From Octopus sinensis (lineage: Eukaryota): a stretch of 64,000 nucleotides of DNA. The stretch spans positions 89,404,001 through 89,468,000 of the forward strand of contig NC_043004.1 in assembly GCF_006345805.1 (NCBI RefSeq), given 5' to 3'. A program made the translations under genes and the position numbers. Of this stretch, positions 23,848 through 37,413 are shown in pieces (position 1 is the stretch's first letter; each line of letters begins with the position of its first letter). Under the pieces are notes generated by a model. The model was not told where the DNA came from. It did no database searches and was given only the letters and a program-made list of their open reading frames with translations.

Positions 23848-26800
23848 CAACCTAGAGAAGGCTGTTCACCTGATTTCACAGTCTGTAATATAATGAGTAC
23901 CATAGGCACTATATGTAGTTAAATTGTTTGCAAGAATCATTCAACTATGTATGAAGGAGGCACAAAGAAGATTAAGACTGATAGCTCCAAAAGTCTGAAA
24001 GTCACAAGACAAAGATTATAGTTCTAATCAGTAAAAGAGCTCATTTGCTAATACCATCTGTGAAGTGAATTTGCACAAAAATACTAGAAATAACTGCAAA
24101 ATACTATGCACTTAGTATAATCATTGTACATAAAAGATGCAGAGTAACTTCTAGCAGATTAACAAGATTTAGATTTGACAGATGCACTAAAGTAGTTAGT
24201 AGCACACCAACTCATGAAACATAGCCCATACACCACTGAGAAGATCTGCTAGATATAGTAGATACCATATTTTATGGCATATATATCTCACTGCATGGAA
24301 CCTGGGCAAGTGTTTTCTACTATAGCCTTGGGCTGACCAAAGTGAGTGGATTTGGTAGATGGAAACTGAAAGAAGCCCATCGTATATATACATATATATA
24401 TATTTATATATATGTATATATTTGTGCGTGTGTCTGTGTTTGTCCCCCCACCATTGCTTGACAACTGATGTTGATGTGTTTACGTCCCCCGTAACTTAGC
24501 AGTTCAGCAAAAGGGAATGATAGAATAAGTACTAAGCTTCCAAAGAATAAGTCCTGGAGTCGATTTGTTTGACTAAAGGCAGTGCTCCAGCATGGCCTCA
24601 GTCAAAAGACAAAAGAATAAATATATTACATGTACAAAGACATGTATATAATGGGCTTCTTTTAGTTTCTGTCTACCAACTCAACTCAAAGGCTTTGGTT
24701 GGTCCAGGGTCATAGTAGAAAACACTTACTCAAGGTGCAACATGGTGGGACCGAGCCCAAAATGACATGGTTGGGAGGCAAGCTTCTTAACCACAGCCAC
24801 ACTAAACAGAAATGTGCTGAAGAGGATTCATTGAATGTACCATATTAATTTTTGTAAAAGACAAGGTACAAGTGAGTTTAGAGAGCAGCAACATCTTTAA
24901 AAATGCCAATCAATGTAAAGGAGAGATTCTAATACAAATAGTTGTAAAAGTGTTGTATGCTGCGAGAGGAAAGTATCCATGCCATGGACAGACAGGGGAA
25001 AGTGAAAAACTATATTACAGGAAATCCTAATGGATATGTTTGACAAATCCATTCAAATTGATGTTAACATGGAGAAATAGACAAGAAGAATCATAATTTT
25101 CTTTATGTCTTATTTGTTCCAGTCAATGACATGCAGCCATGCTGGGGCACCACCTGGAAGGGTTTAGAACAAATCGACCCCAGTACTTATAAATGATAAG
25201 CTTCCACAGTTTCTCTCTACCAGATTCACTCACAAGGCATTGGACAGTCCAGGGATGGAGTAGATATTTGCCCAAGGTGCCATGTAATGGGACTGAAACC
25301 AAAACCATGCTATTTCAAAACAAGCTTCTTACCAATACATCATGCCTGCACCCGATAAATGTTTTTTTAATGATTGTCACATCTATACTCAATGCGAGAA
25401 TGAGTGAAATATTTCATTTAGTCCAGGCATAAGAAACTGTTGAAGTAGACATTATTTATAGATAATTTTATAATATCAATCAATTAAGTGACATAGGGGC
25501 AACAGCTAGTTTTATTAATATTTAACAAAATAAACTGAAACAAAATAGAAATTTGCTTAACTTGTAATCATTTAAACTGGCCATATCTTGTTCAAATAGT
25601 CTACTTGTCTTATGTTCAAGTCCAGCCAGATCAGGCCTCTCACACCTACCCTACAACGTCATTCTAAAACTAAGCAATCACATCATCAAAATCTTAAAGC
25701 TACAATATAATGCATTAGTAATTTGAACAATAACAGTAATCTGAATGCTAAAGGGATAAGTCTATAATAACATCACGTACAAGGGTTCACAACCTTTTGT
25801 AGCTTAGCACCAACTTTTACTGAAAGGTAAACTTTTACAAACAATCTGCCCCATGTTTTGCAAGGAATGTAAAACACAGAAAAAAAACAGCAAATTAATT
25901 TTAATCAAACATAAGTTAATTTTATGCATGCTGGCATGGGTTGGACAGTTCAACTGAGGACTGGCAAGCCAGGAGGATGTGCCAGGATTCAGTCTGACCT
26001 GGCAAGGTTTCTACAGCTGGATGTCCTTCCTAACACCAACCACTCCAAGAGTGTAGCAAGTGCTTTTTATGTGCCACCAGCATGGCAGCATTGGCCATGA
26101 CTGCACTCAAATGGTGCTTTAAATCATCCCAAGCCCTATATATGAAGTTCGTCCTCTCATAAGCTAATTTTCTCCCTCACACTCACTACGGTAATCTTAT
26201 TTTATTCCAGGGCTCTTCTACCCCACTTGACTCCATAATAATAGTGGCTTAGTGGCTAGGATATTTAGTTCATGATCATAAGGTCATGAATTCAATTCCC
26301 AGCAGTGCATTGTGTCCTTAAGCAAGACACTTTATTTCTCATTGCTCCAATTCACTCAGCTGGCAAAAATGAGTTGTACCCATATTTCAAAGGGCCAGTT
26401 TTATCACAATCTGTGTCACGCTGAATCTCCTTGAGAACTATATTACGGGAATATGTGTCTGTAGAGTGCTCAGTCACTTGCATGTAAATTTCATGAGCAG
26501 GCTGTTCTGTTGAGCGAATCAACTGGAACAATCATCTTCATAACCAACAGAGAGCCAGGCCATGAGCAGCAATGTTTTCTGTTACATCTAAGAAAATTCT
26601 GTAATGTTTTTTTTAATGTACTACCAGACTGCTTTAAATATTGGTTTCAAATTTTGGCACAAGGCCAGTAAGTTAATGAGAGAGGCTTAGTCGATTACAT
26701 CAACCCCAGTACTCAACTGGTACTTATTTGATAGACCTTGAAAGGGTGAAGGCAAAGTCAACCCCAGCTGCATTTGAACTCAGAATGTAAAGATTGACAA

Positions 26801-27816
26801 AACGCTGCTAAGCATCTTGCCCAATGCACTAACAATTCTGGATCATTGCCTTGATTGCTTTAAATATTACTTATGTTAACTCTTAAGCATTTAAACCAGC
26901 TATATCTAACCCAAATATTCTACACATTTTATGCTTAACCCTTTCATTACCAACCCAGCTGAAACCGGCTCTGGCTATGAATACAAATGTCTTGTTTACA
27001 TAAGTTTGAATTAAAATCTTCCACCGAATCTTAGTCACAATTTATGTTCCTAATACTAGGTGAATGATAAAGTTATTTTACTAAATTCTTTGTTACATTT
27101 AAAGTAACTGAAAGAAAAACAGAGTATCTCAAAATAAATAAATACAGTAACGAAAGGGTTAAAGCAGCCAGGCCTGGCTCCTCACACCTCCTCTACATTG
27201 TCATTTTGAAAATAAACAATCACATCATCAAAATTTCAAAGCTACAAAGTATCACATAATTCAAAACAATGTGAATAAATATGCATTACATTTGACAGAG
27301 TAACATGAATGCCAAAGGGTTAATGCATAAACACTTTTTTTCTCTGAATAAGCACTGCTGAAATTGGGGTGCATCATTAAATATGTATATTTCTTTATTG
27401 CCCACAAGGGGCTAAACATAGAGGGGACAAACAAGGACAGAAAAAGGGATTAAGTAGATTATATCGACCCCAGTGCGTAACTGGTACTTAATTTATCGAC
27501 CCCGAAAGGATGAAAGGCAAAGTCGACCTCGGCGGAATTTGAACTCAGAACGTAGCGACAGACGAAATACTGCTAAGCATTTCGCCCGGCGTGCTAACGT
27601 TTCTGCCAGCTCGCCGCCAATTCATTAAATATGGTACAACATTTATAAGAGAGGTGGGAACACATTAACCACTTAACCATTGAAACTTTCTTTACAAGTT
27701 TTAGGGAGAAAGAAAACAAAGATAAATAACAAAGAACAAGAGTGATGATGACGATGACAACAACGATGAGGAGAATGGTGATGAAAGAATAAAAGTGAAG
27801 TAATTTCAAAACTCAC

Positions 27817-27913
27817 CTTAAGAAATGCTTCAACAGATTTGGACCAGCCTGATGTCATGATTATTTCTTTGGCATGAATATGCTCTAGTGCTTGTGATTC
27901 TATGTTTGGTATA
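27817..27913 (-). CDS. EIF2B2: eIF2B beta exon 7
   Basis: [33 protein letters not shown] vs [37 protein letters not shown] donor; 97 nt, phase 2-0. Confidence 0.96.
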
Positions 27914-28544
27914 CTGAAATCACACAAAATCATTTAGCATCACTATTATTTTCATTATCTGCATTTTTATGTTTGCATGGGATCAGATGGACTTCGTTAA
28001 GGCAGATTTTCTACAACCAGATGCTTTTCCTGTCACCAACCTTCGTCTGTTTCCAAGCAAAGATATATTCCCCATGGCCAGACATGCTTCATGGAAGATT
28101 GGAAACAAAGGATGCCAGTTGTCTGACAGTGTTGCTCATTTACATCTATCGGGCAGTATCAAAATAAGGAGACAGTAACACACACACACACACACACATC
28201 CTGAGCTCCTTTCAGTTTCCATTTACCAAAAATCACTTGCCTACAGTTCCACACAGAGGAACTGAAACCATGTGACCAGGAAGCAAAGTTCTTGAACAAA
28301 ACAACTATGCCTATAGAGAAGCTTGCCAAGCATGCATGAATGCACTCTTTCACTTGTTTCAGTCATTTTGACTGCGGCCATGCTGGAGCACCGCCTTTAA
28401 TCAAAGAAATTGACCCCAGGACTTATTCTTTGTAAGCCTAGCATTTATTCTATTGGTTTCTTTTGCCAAACTGCTAAGTTACGGGGACGTAAACACACCA
28501 GCATCGGTTGTCAAGTGATGGCAAACACAGACACACAGATATAT

Positions 28545-28588
<44 letters not shown>

Positions 28589-29066
28589 AGCCTGGTGCAG
28601 CCATCTGGTTCGCCAGTCCTCAGTCAAATCGTCTAACCCATACTAGCATGGAAAGCAGACGTTAAACGATGATGATGACACACACACAATACAGAGAATG
28701 AGATGATTTGGCTGATTGGATGCTGATATTTTGGCACAGTTGAGTGAGCATTGAGCTTGTTTAGGTGACAATGCGTTGTGGCGTTGGAAGTAAACACAAA
28801 CATACACACAGGTCCACTCGGAAATATACATATACAGAGGGAATGAAAGAAAGAGAGGGTAAGAGGGGGAGAGAGACATAACACATACAAACATAACTAG
28901 ATGCTCACAAGAGTAAGAAAAACATCAAAGTCAGCAGTGAATCAACTAAATAGGTGGCGCCAAAATAGCTGTGCCTAAATATCTCATACCTTATATATCA
29001 TCACTTAATAGATGGAAATGTCGAAGAATCACAAAAAAAATAATATCTGAAAGCAAACTGACTTAC

Positions 29067-29116
29067 CATGTCTCCAATTCAGATTTTATTTCAGAAATGG
29101 CTTCAATGACGATTGC
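29067..29116 (-). CDS. EIF2B2: eIF2B beta exon 6
   Basis: AIVIEAISEIKSELET vs NIIEAINELLVELEG; GTAAGT donor; 50 nt, phase 0-2. Confidence 0.9.
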
Positions 29117-30160
29117 CTGTATTATATAAATATTTCAAATAATAAGAATATATAGATTGTGAAAAGAAAAGAAAAGGAAGCAAAGTACAGCTATTATAAG
29201 CCTTCATTGGGGGACAGAGAGGCAGCTCACAAGCAAAAAAGGTGGAAAATGAATTATCTCAAGGGTACAATAGACTAGCATTTGAAGTTTCACATGTAAT
29301 AGAAGGTAGAGAAAAACTATTCATCATCATCATCATCATTCAACATCCGCTTTCCATGCTAGCATGTGTTGGACAATTTGACTGAGGTCTGGCGAACCAG
29401 ATGGCTACACAAGGCTCCAATCTGCTCTGGCAGAGTTTCTACAGCTGGATGCCCTTCCTAATGCCAACCACTCCGAGAATGTAGTGGGTGCTTTTACGTG
29501 CCACCGGCACGAGGGCCAGTCAGGCAGAACTGGCAACGGCCACACTCAAATGGTGCTTTTTATGTGCCACCTGCACAGGAGCCAGTCCAGTGGCACTGGC
29601 AATGCGCTCGCTAGAATTTTTTTTCACGTGCCACCAGCACAAGTTTAAGTAAGGCGACGCAGGTAACAATCACGCTCGAATGGTGCTTTATACGAGCCAC
29701 CGGCATAAGTTTCCCTATCTATTAAAGTTATAGATTTTAATATAATCAGCTTCGAAAATCAAGGAGCATGGCCTTGTGGTTAGGCTGTTGGACTCATGAT
29801 AAGATCATAGGTTCAATTCCTGGGCACGTTACATTATTTCACAGTGCTTCAGTCCACTCAAATAAAAATGAGTTGCATCAACAACAGAGCAGCACTTCAT
29901 AGATTTGTAAATGCAAGATATCACCAGCCCTTGATGGCTCCAGCACACTGGATAATGATAGTACTGTTGCAAATATCAATACCAGTAGAGACAACACAGA
30001 GTTCTAATTCTGTTGTTAAGATTGATTTTGCTTTTGAGATTGACTGATTTTATTGATCAGCTCTCCTTCTCTGATGAGAGGAAGCTGAGAAATAAATGAC
30101 AATGAAATAAAACAAACAAAATGCACTTCTCCAATTCATCTTGGTGAGCAGTACTTTTAA

Positions 30161-30381
30161 CCCTTTCGTTACCATATTTATTTTGAGATGCTCTGTTTTT
30201 TCTTTCAATTATTTTAAATATAACAAAGAATTTAGTAAAATAACTTAGTTATCATTAAGCTAGTGCTAGGAACGTAAATTGTGACTAAGGCTTAGTGGAA
30301 TATTTTAATTCAAAACTTATGAAAGCAAGACATTTTACTACAGAGTCAGAGCCGGTTTTGGCTGGGTTAGTAACAAAAGGG
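30161..30381. mobile_element. piggyBac-like MITE family 2 (other copies 26939-27158, 58988-59193)
   Basis: TTAA|CCCTTTCGTTAC...GTAACAAAAGGG|TTAA; TTAA TSD with CCC/GGG ends is the piggyBac hallmark. Confidence 0.85.
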
Positions 30382-31531
30382 TTAAATATGTGCTGACTCC
30401 AGCTGTGGCAGTCCATCCAGCTTGTTGCTTAATTGCTAATGTATATATGCTTTTATTCTTTTGCTGGTTTCAGTCTTTGGACTGCAGCCTTACTGGGGCA
30501 ATAGCTTTGATTACACCAACCTGGTATTTAATTTAATGATCTTGAAAGGATAAAAGGCAAATTGAAATAAGGCTGGTACAAATCTGTCAAAGCATTTCTT
30601 AAGGTAAATTTTGAAATTATTTCACTTTTCCTCTTCAATCCCCTTAACCCCATCTCCTCCTCATCACCATCACCATCCTCTTTTCTTCTTTGTTATCTAT
30701 GCTTTGTTTCTCACTAAAATGTTAAACAATGATGATGACGATGATGAATATACTTAAAAGATCAAGTCAGTAAACAACATTCCTATCCACCAAGAAACTG
30801 GTTATGTGCTTAAAAGACGAAACTAATATTTCAGATGATACAAATAACAGGGACCCCACTCTTGAAGTGTACTAATAGTGGAGCACTATTAAAGTGGCTT
30901 CTACCACCATAAAAATGCATTCAGTACATTCTGTATAGTTGTTGGCAAATGAGTGGAGACAAAATATAGCTGAGTGTTCTTTTGTCTTGCCAAACACAAA
31001 ACAACCTCTTTAGAGCTGGTGCTACAATAAAATGAACCTAGTACACTCTGTAAGATGGTTAGTGATAAGATGGTATCAGCAATAGAAACCATGTCAAAAA
31101 TGGAATGTATTAGGTTGTCAGAAAAATTCTTCATTTGTCGGTTTTTTTTTCCAATTATTTTAAGAAATTAGTCAATAATATATTCTCCTTTATTGTTCCC
31201 AACTTCTAACCAACATTCCAATTGTTTGTCAATACCATCACTGATATTTTTTAAATTGTTGAAGAAAAAAATAGATTAAAATAAATACAAAAAGAAAACA
31301 AATTTATTTGACATCCCAATACAAATGAGATGGTTCTCAAGAGTTCATCTACAAGGGTAGTAACTCTGAATAAGAACTGACTCAGACTGTGATGACTCAG
31401 CTAGCTAATGCATGTCAGCAGGAAAAGCCGGCATAATATGATGGTGCTCATGTTGATGATGAAATAAATGCTAAAAAAAAAGCATAAAAATTGATAGCAA
31501 ATAGTTAACAAAATGACATTTTACAACTTAC

Positions 31532-31591
31532 TTGGAAGTCAGGCACTTGTAGTGTGTAGTCATCAGACACTCCTTCACTGACAAAACGTTT
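31532..31591 (-). CDS. EIF2B2: eIF2B beta exon 5
   Basis: CTCCTAG acceptor, GTAAGT donor; KRFVSEGVSDDYTLQVPDFQ; 60 nt, phase 0-0. Confidence 0.85.
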
Positions 31592-32009
31592 CTAGGAGAA
31601 ATAACACAAAACAGTCAATAAATAAATGCTTGAAAATTTTATGATTGGTTATTCACTAAAATCTATTTTTTGTCAGTCACTCCCATTAAATAGTATAGTT
31701 GTTCATACATATTATTTCATCAATTATTCAAAACAGTTTGGAAATATACATTAGTTACTCAAGTCAACCAGGAAATTATAAATAGCAGCCAAAATTTCCT
31801 TCATATCACACCATGCCATCTCAAAAAACAAAAGGAAAATGACAGATTGTGCAATATAGTTCTAGATACACTACAGCAAGAGAGAGAGTGAGAGTGAGAG
31901 ATGTTTAGCACTGGAACACTTCTGGTCATAAGGTCTGACTAATCAAAGTAGACCAGGGATTAAGCAACAACAACAACATCAGATCACCATGACTACTGGA
32001 GTACAGTCA

Positions 32010-32410
32010 ACTCTCTCTTTTACTCTTTTACTTGTTTCAGTCATTTGACTGCGGCCATGCTGGAGCACCGCCTTTAATCGAGCAAATCGACCCCGGGAAT
32101 TATTCTTTGTAAGCCCAGTACTTATTCTATCGGTCTCTTTTGTCGAACCGCTAAGTGACGGGGACGTAAACACACCAGCATCGGCTGTCAAGCAATGCTA
32201 GGGGGACAAACACAGACACACACACTTATATATATATACATATATACGACAAGCTTCTTTCAGTTTCCGTCTACCAAATCCACTCACAAGGCATTGGTCG
32301 GCCTGGGGCTATAGCAGAAGACACTTGCCCAAGATGCCACGCAGTGGGACTGAACCCGGAACCATGTGGTTGGTTAGCAAGCTACTTACCACACAGCCAC
32401 TCCTGCGCCT
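32010..32410 (-). mobile_element. SINE family A copy, young (CpGs retained)
   Basis: Near-consensus sequence; another copy follows at about 32575-33000. Confidence 0.88.
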
Positions 32411-32780
32411 GGTTAAATTCTTTTACAAACACATTAGGAAGCATCACTAATTATTACATTCAATTACACCATGAATTTAGGAGCTAGATGTTAAGAAGTA
32501 AATAATTCCCAAAATATATGTAATAGTTTAAAAGGGAACATATATATATAACAAACTAATAGCAATAACTTTTGCCTTCTACTTGTTTCAGTCATCAGAC
32601 TGCTGTCATGCTGGGGCACTGCCTTGAAGAATTTTAGTTGAACGAATCGATTCCAGTACTTTTTTTAAAGACTGATATTTATTCTGTTGGTTTCTTTAGA
32701 GACTGCTAAATTACCAGGACACAGAGACACCAACACCTATTATTACATGGTAGTAGGCAACAAACACAAAAGACACACAC

Positions 32781-32827
<47 letters not shown>

Positions 32828-33234
32828 GTAACATACAAGATGGGCTTCTTTCAGTTTCCATCTACCAAATCAACTCACAAGGCTTTGGCCAGCCCAAGGC
32901 TGTAGTAGAAGACACTTACCCAAGGTGCCAGGCAGTGGGACTGAACCCAGAACCATGTGGTTGGGAAACAAGCTTCTTACCACACAGCTATGCCAGCACC
33001 TATATATAACTGAACATTCAATATAGCATACATCAAGTCTCTTTAGGAACACATCAACTCATCAACTTGCAGATCTCTCTATTAATGGTCCCAATCATAT
33101 TTTGGAAGAGGTGTTCATTCTTATTTCGTATTTGGATATTTTTCAAACACCTTCATATAAGGAATCTTGCTTTATTATCCATCTAGCAAATGCATTTCTA
33201 TTTAATAATGTTATCAACTGTCAGATGTACAAAC

Positions 33235-33280
33235 CTGTAAAGCTTCTTGTGGGTCATCACCCAATGTCTTGCCTTCGGCA
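33235..33280 (-). CDS. EIF2B2: eIF2B beta exon 4
   Basis: TTATTAG acceptor, GTTTGT donor; SAEGKTLGDDPQEALQ vs RLHGRSDESDQQESLH; 46 nt, phase 2-0. Confidence 0.85.
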
Positions 33281-33889
33281 CTAATAACAAAACAAAAACG
33301 ATTGAAAGAACATTAATACCTTTATTGGAAAACTTTCATAAGGGAGAAAGTGAAAATATAAAATGAAGGATGAACATTAACAATAATTTTAACTGGAAAT
33401 TATGCATCACAGTTCTGATAAATATTGTCAGTGATATGTTAAATCCAGTATAAGAAAAAAGCAAAGTCTGATGCTGTTAGTATTATATATGACAAAAATC
33501 AGTCAAAATCATTTGACTTACAAATGATGGAGGGGTGATGAAATATGTTTTGTAGGATCTGATATCATTGCTAATAAACTAAATAGTCATAAGCAAAACA
33601 GAAGTCATTTTTAAGAAAAGCAAATTTTAAAGTTTAGTGTTGAAATTTTTCTGTATCTTCTTGCAATACAAAACTAAGCAAATTTATTTGTACATCAACT
33701 ATAACACATATGGCACTTTATCTGAAAGAAACTATGGAATTTAGACAACTACAATTCATACTCAGTGGACTAATACTTTTTAGTAAATATGACTATTCAA
33801 ATTATTAACAATGATATAAAGATATTAAAGAGAAGTTCCTTGCTTACAAATTCAGGATAATATTTGATTAAATAGTCATGAGTTAATAT

Positions 33890-34247
33890 TTGCATTCGAT
33901 CAACATCAATGGAATCTGAAGTTGGAGTACCAGTGCCGGTGGCACATAAGAGAACCATCCGAACGTGGCCGTAACCAGCACCGCATCGACTGGCCTCCGT
34001 GCCGCTGGCACGTAACAAACACCATCCGATCGTGGTCGTTGCCAGCCTCGCCTGGCACCTGTGTCGGTGGCACATAAAAAGCACCCACTACACTCACGGA
34101 GTGGTTGGCGTTAGGAAGGGCATCCAGCTGTAGAAACACCGCCAGATCTGACTGGCTTGGTGCAGCCGTCGGGCTTCCCAGACCCCAGTTGAACCGTCCA
34201 ACCCATGCTAGCATGGAAAGCGGACGTTAAACGATGATGATGATGAC
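33890..34247 (+). mobile_element. SINE family C ((GAT)n tail, variable internal tandem repeats); others about 14030-14330, 21975-22235, 29325-29700, 44830-45270, 49995-50330, 56895-57027
   Basis: GGAGTGGTTGGCGTTAGGAAGGGCATCCAGCTGTAGAAAC...CCAACCCATGCTAGCATGGAAAGCGGACGTTAAACGATGATG. Confidence 0.85.
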
Positions 34248-34253
34248 TAGATA

Positions 34254-34717
34254 CCATAAATCCTCGAGTATAATACGCAGGGGATTTTTAGGGGTCTGTA
34301 CCTCAGAAAAACCTAAACCTTGTGTATAATACGCACCCCTTCTCTAACTTGAGTCAAGGAGGTCTATATAACGTCCTTTATTATTATTATATATATAACA
34401 TAATGTAAACGTGTAGCCTTTTTGTGCATTTTGTTTGCAGAAAATAAAGAAATAACAGTAATAACGTTTAATAAATGTTGCTTACTGCAAGTTATGGATG
34501 ATCCTTTTATGACTTCATTGCTTTCAGGCTTAGCTTAAGGTATTTTCGCGACCGACATCACAAAATGTGTCTGAATAAACATTGTCGGACAGCAAATAGA
34601 GACTCAGACATTGCTTAGAAAATAATTTTCACTTTTAACCTCGTAAATAGTACGCACTAGGGATTTTGACCATTACATTTTGGGAAAAAAATGCGGATTA
34701 TACTCGAGGATTTACGG
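34254..34717. mobile_element. Tc1/mariner-pogo-type MITE
   Basis: About 26-bp TIR CC(A/G)TAAATCCTCGAGTATAAT(A/C)CGCA, TA on both sides, no ORF. Confidence 0.85.
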
Positions 34718-34944
34718 TAATTCTTGCCTAAAAATGGATTCTGCCTCTGAAAAGATGTCACAAAGAAATTGTTGTTAATGCAATCATCATCATGAACCAG
34801 ACCTTAGAAAGCAGACATCTAGAAGCAGCTGGAATAGATGGTCCAAATGTTTCAACAAGCTCTGCTTTCTTTACCACAAGAAAATATTCTCAAATTGTTC
34901 ATAACATTAATAACTAAAAGACTGTATAAGAAACTTCAGTTCAC

Positions 34945-35064
34945 CTGGCATATTCTTCTCTGATTACTTTTAATACTCTTCGTACCATATTACCAATAAC
35001 TGATTCTGAAGGCTGAACAGACATCATACGCTTGCCTTCTCGACGAATCACATCCATCAACTCC
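34945..35064 (-). CDS. EIF2B2: eIF2B beta exon 3
   Basis: [40 protein letters not shown], near-identical to eIF2B beta; 120 nt, phase 2-2. Confidence 0.96.
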
Positions 35065-36501
35065 CTGAAAATTTTAATAGATTTATAATTAACCAGACAA
35101 ATCACAAACAGTGAGTTCTTCAATCTAAGATAGTTTTCTCCATTTTCATTTGTTATAACAATAAACTAAATGGCTGAAGTAAAAAATAATGTCTAAAATT
35201 CAAATTAAAATCAATCAAGTCAACCAACACCAGAAGTGGTTAATGATGAAAGTGAATTGAATGGAAACCATTCATTTGAATGGCAACATTCAACACCATC
35301 TGCTAAATCACATTACCCTATTGTCAGTCCAAATTGTCCATACTTCTTTTCAGACTTTTACTTATCCCTTGATTCATGTTTCAAGCAATATAAAGATTTC
35401 CTTTCGTAAGTCTCAAGTTACTCTATTGGTTGAAAAAAATTGAGTATGTGCACCACACATACACACACATTTGATGCGTGGATGCTAGGGAAATATCCTG
35501 TGTGTCACACATTATACAAAGGACAAGCAAAAACAATAAGCAATATATTTATTCAGTTCTAAGTTCATATCCCATCAACATTAGTGTAATTTTCTGCAAG
35601 TCATTAAAATTCTTCATGCCCCATACTACAGCCATGGTCCAACCAAAACTTTATAAATGGATTTGGTAAAGAGAAACTGAAAGAATCTCATTGCATGTGT
35701 GAACCTTTGTCTTGACATCATATAATAGTTGTAACAAGTGATGTTGCTTGTTCCAGTTGTCCAAGACACTAAGCCTTACAAAGAAGATAATAAAGGACCA
35801 AGATGTCTTTTGCCTTGCTATTCTCAAGACTGGTAACACTACAGTAGACTTAACACCAGTGCTGGTTTCACATAAAAAACAACAATACACTGTTAATTGT
35901 TTGGCGTTAGGAAGGGCATCCAGCTGTAGAAACCATGCCAGAAGAGACAATGGAGCCTGGTGCAGACTCCAGTGACATACAAACATTTCTAAGACCAGCC
36001 ATGTGACTATCCTCTACCAATCAAACCCTATTCAAAACATATACTAATTTGAGCCATGAACCTCCCATAAAAATAAAGCAAGCTTCAAACACTAGTCAGA
36101 AACAAAATGGCTGTGACATAAGCCACAACTTCTATTTCAAACCTTTGAAGATCAGTGTAAACTGTGAAACCAGTTGAATCTTTAAATATAATAATAAAAA
36201 ATAATTTAACTATTTTCAGTGCATTTCCAACCTCTATTTTTTCCTATATATATATAAGAATTTTTTGCGTAATGAGATAAAAAAACCAAGGCTGTGTAGC
36301 TATTAGGACATTTATGGATAGGTCTTACCGCTGTTTCCAGGATATTTATTAATTATATCCCTTCATTGGAGACAGTGTGGGAGGATGGTTAAGTAATAGT
36401 TAGTTTAGATAGGATACAAAATAGAGAGTGAGGCGGAGGAAAGAAAATAGAGGTATATGTATATATATACACACACACACAATCAGCAGAGAATTACTTA
36501 C

Positions 36502-36588
36502 TTGGCATTATTCCATTCATATTCAGAGATGATTTGTACAAGCAGATCAAGTACATGATGAGCAAGATAGTGAGAACTAAAGAAGACT
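36502..36588 (-). CDS. EIF2B2: eIF2B beta exon 2
   Basis: TTTCAG acceptor, GTAAGT donor; QVFFSSHYLAHHVLDLLVQIISEYEWNNA(K) vs human [25 protein letters not shown]; 87 nt, phase 2-2. Confidence 0.88.
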
Positions 36589-37012
36589 CTGAAATGAAAC
36601 AAATCATATAAAAAATTTTATCATTATCATCAAATTTGTTTATTAAGTAATTGTTGAAAAAAACATAGAACTTACTGTTGGAGGAAGTCCCTCACCTTTT
36701 CTATAAGATTTTGATAATTTCATTTTTCTATCTACATATAACACTCTGACCTGTCTCTGCATTGTGACTGTTACCTACAATTCCTGTACTAACACAGCTG
36801 TTTTCCATCATATTATTATTTCTCATGAAATACAGTTTTCATTATAGCCAAACTACTATCCTAGCCCATTTTCCTTATTTCCATTGGTTGTTGAGTATCC
36901 CTCAAGATGCTTGGATGTTCATTATTTGTATTTCAACCCTATCTGATGATGCATTTGCTATGATCGAATACTTTTTGTAAAATCACATTTATAATTTGGC
37001 ATCATGGATTAT

Positions 37013-37413
37013 TACTCTTTACTCTTTTACTCATTTCAGTCATTTGACTGTGGCCATGCTGGAGCATTGCCTTTAGTCAAGCAAATAGACCCCAGAACTT
37101 ATTCTTTGTAAGCCTAGTACTTATTCTATCGGTCGCTTTTGCTGAACTGCTAAGTTACGGGGACGTAAACACACCAGCATCGGTTGTCAAACGATGTTGG
37201 GGGACAAACACAGACACACAAACATATACACATACACACACACACATATATACGAAGGGCTTCTTTCAGTTTCCTTCTACCAAATCCACTCACAAGGCTT
37301 TGGTCGGCCCGCGGCTATAGTAGAAGACACTTGCCCAAGGTGCTATGCAGTGGGACTGAACCCGGAACCATGTGGTTGGTAAGCAAACTACTTACCACAC
37401 AGCTACTCCTATG
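37013..37413 (-). mobile_element. SINE family A copy, young
   Basis: Near-consensus sequence. Confidence 0.88.

Noticed and set aside
35209-35405. 66-codon plus-strand open frame ending at GTAAGT
   Set aside because: No credible polypyrimidine acceptor or start; this length is common by chance here
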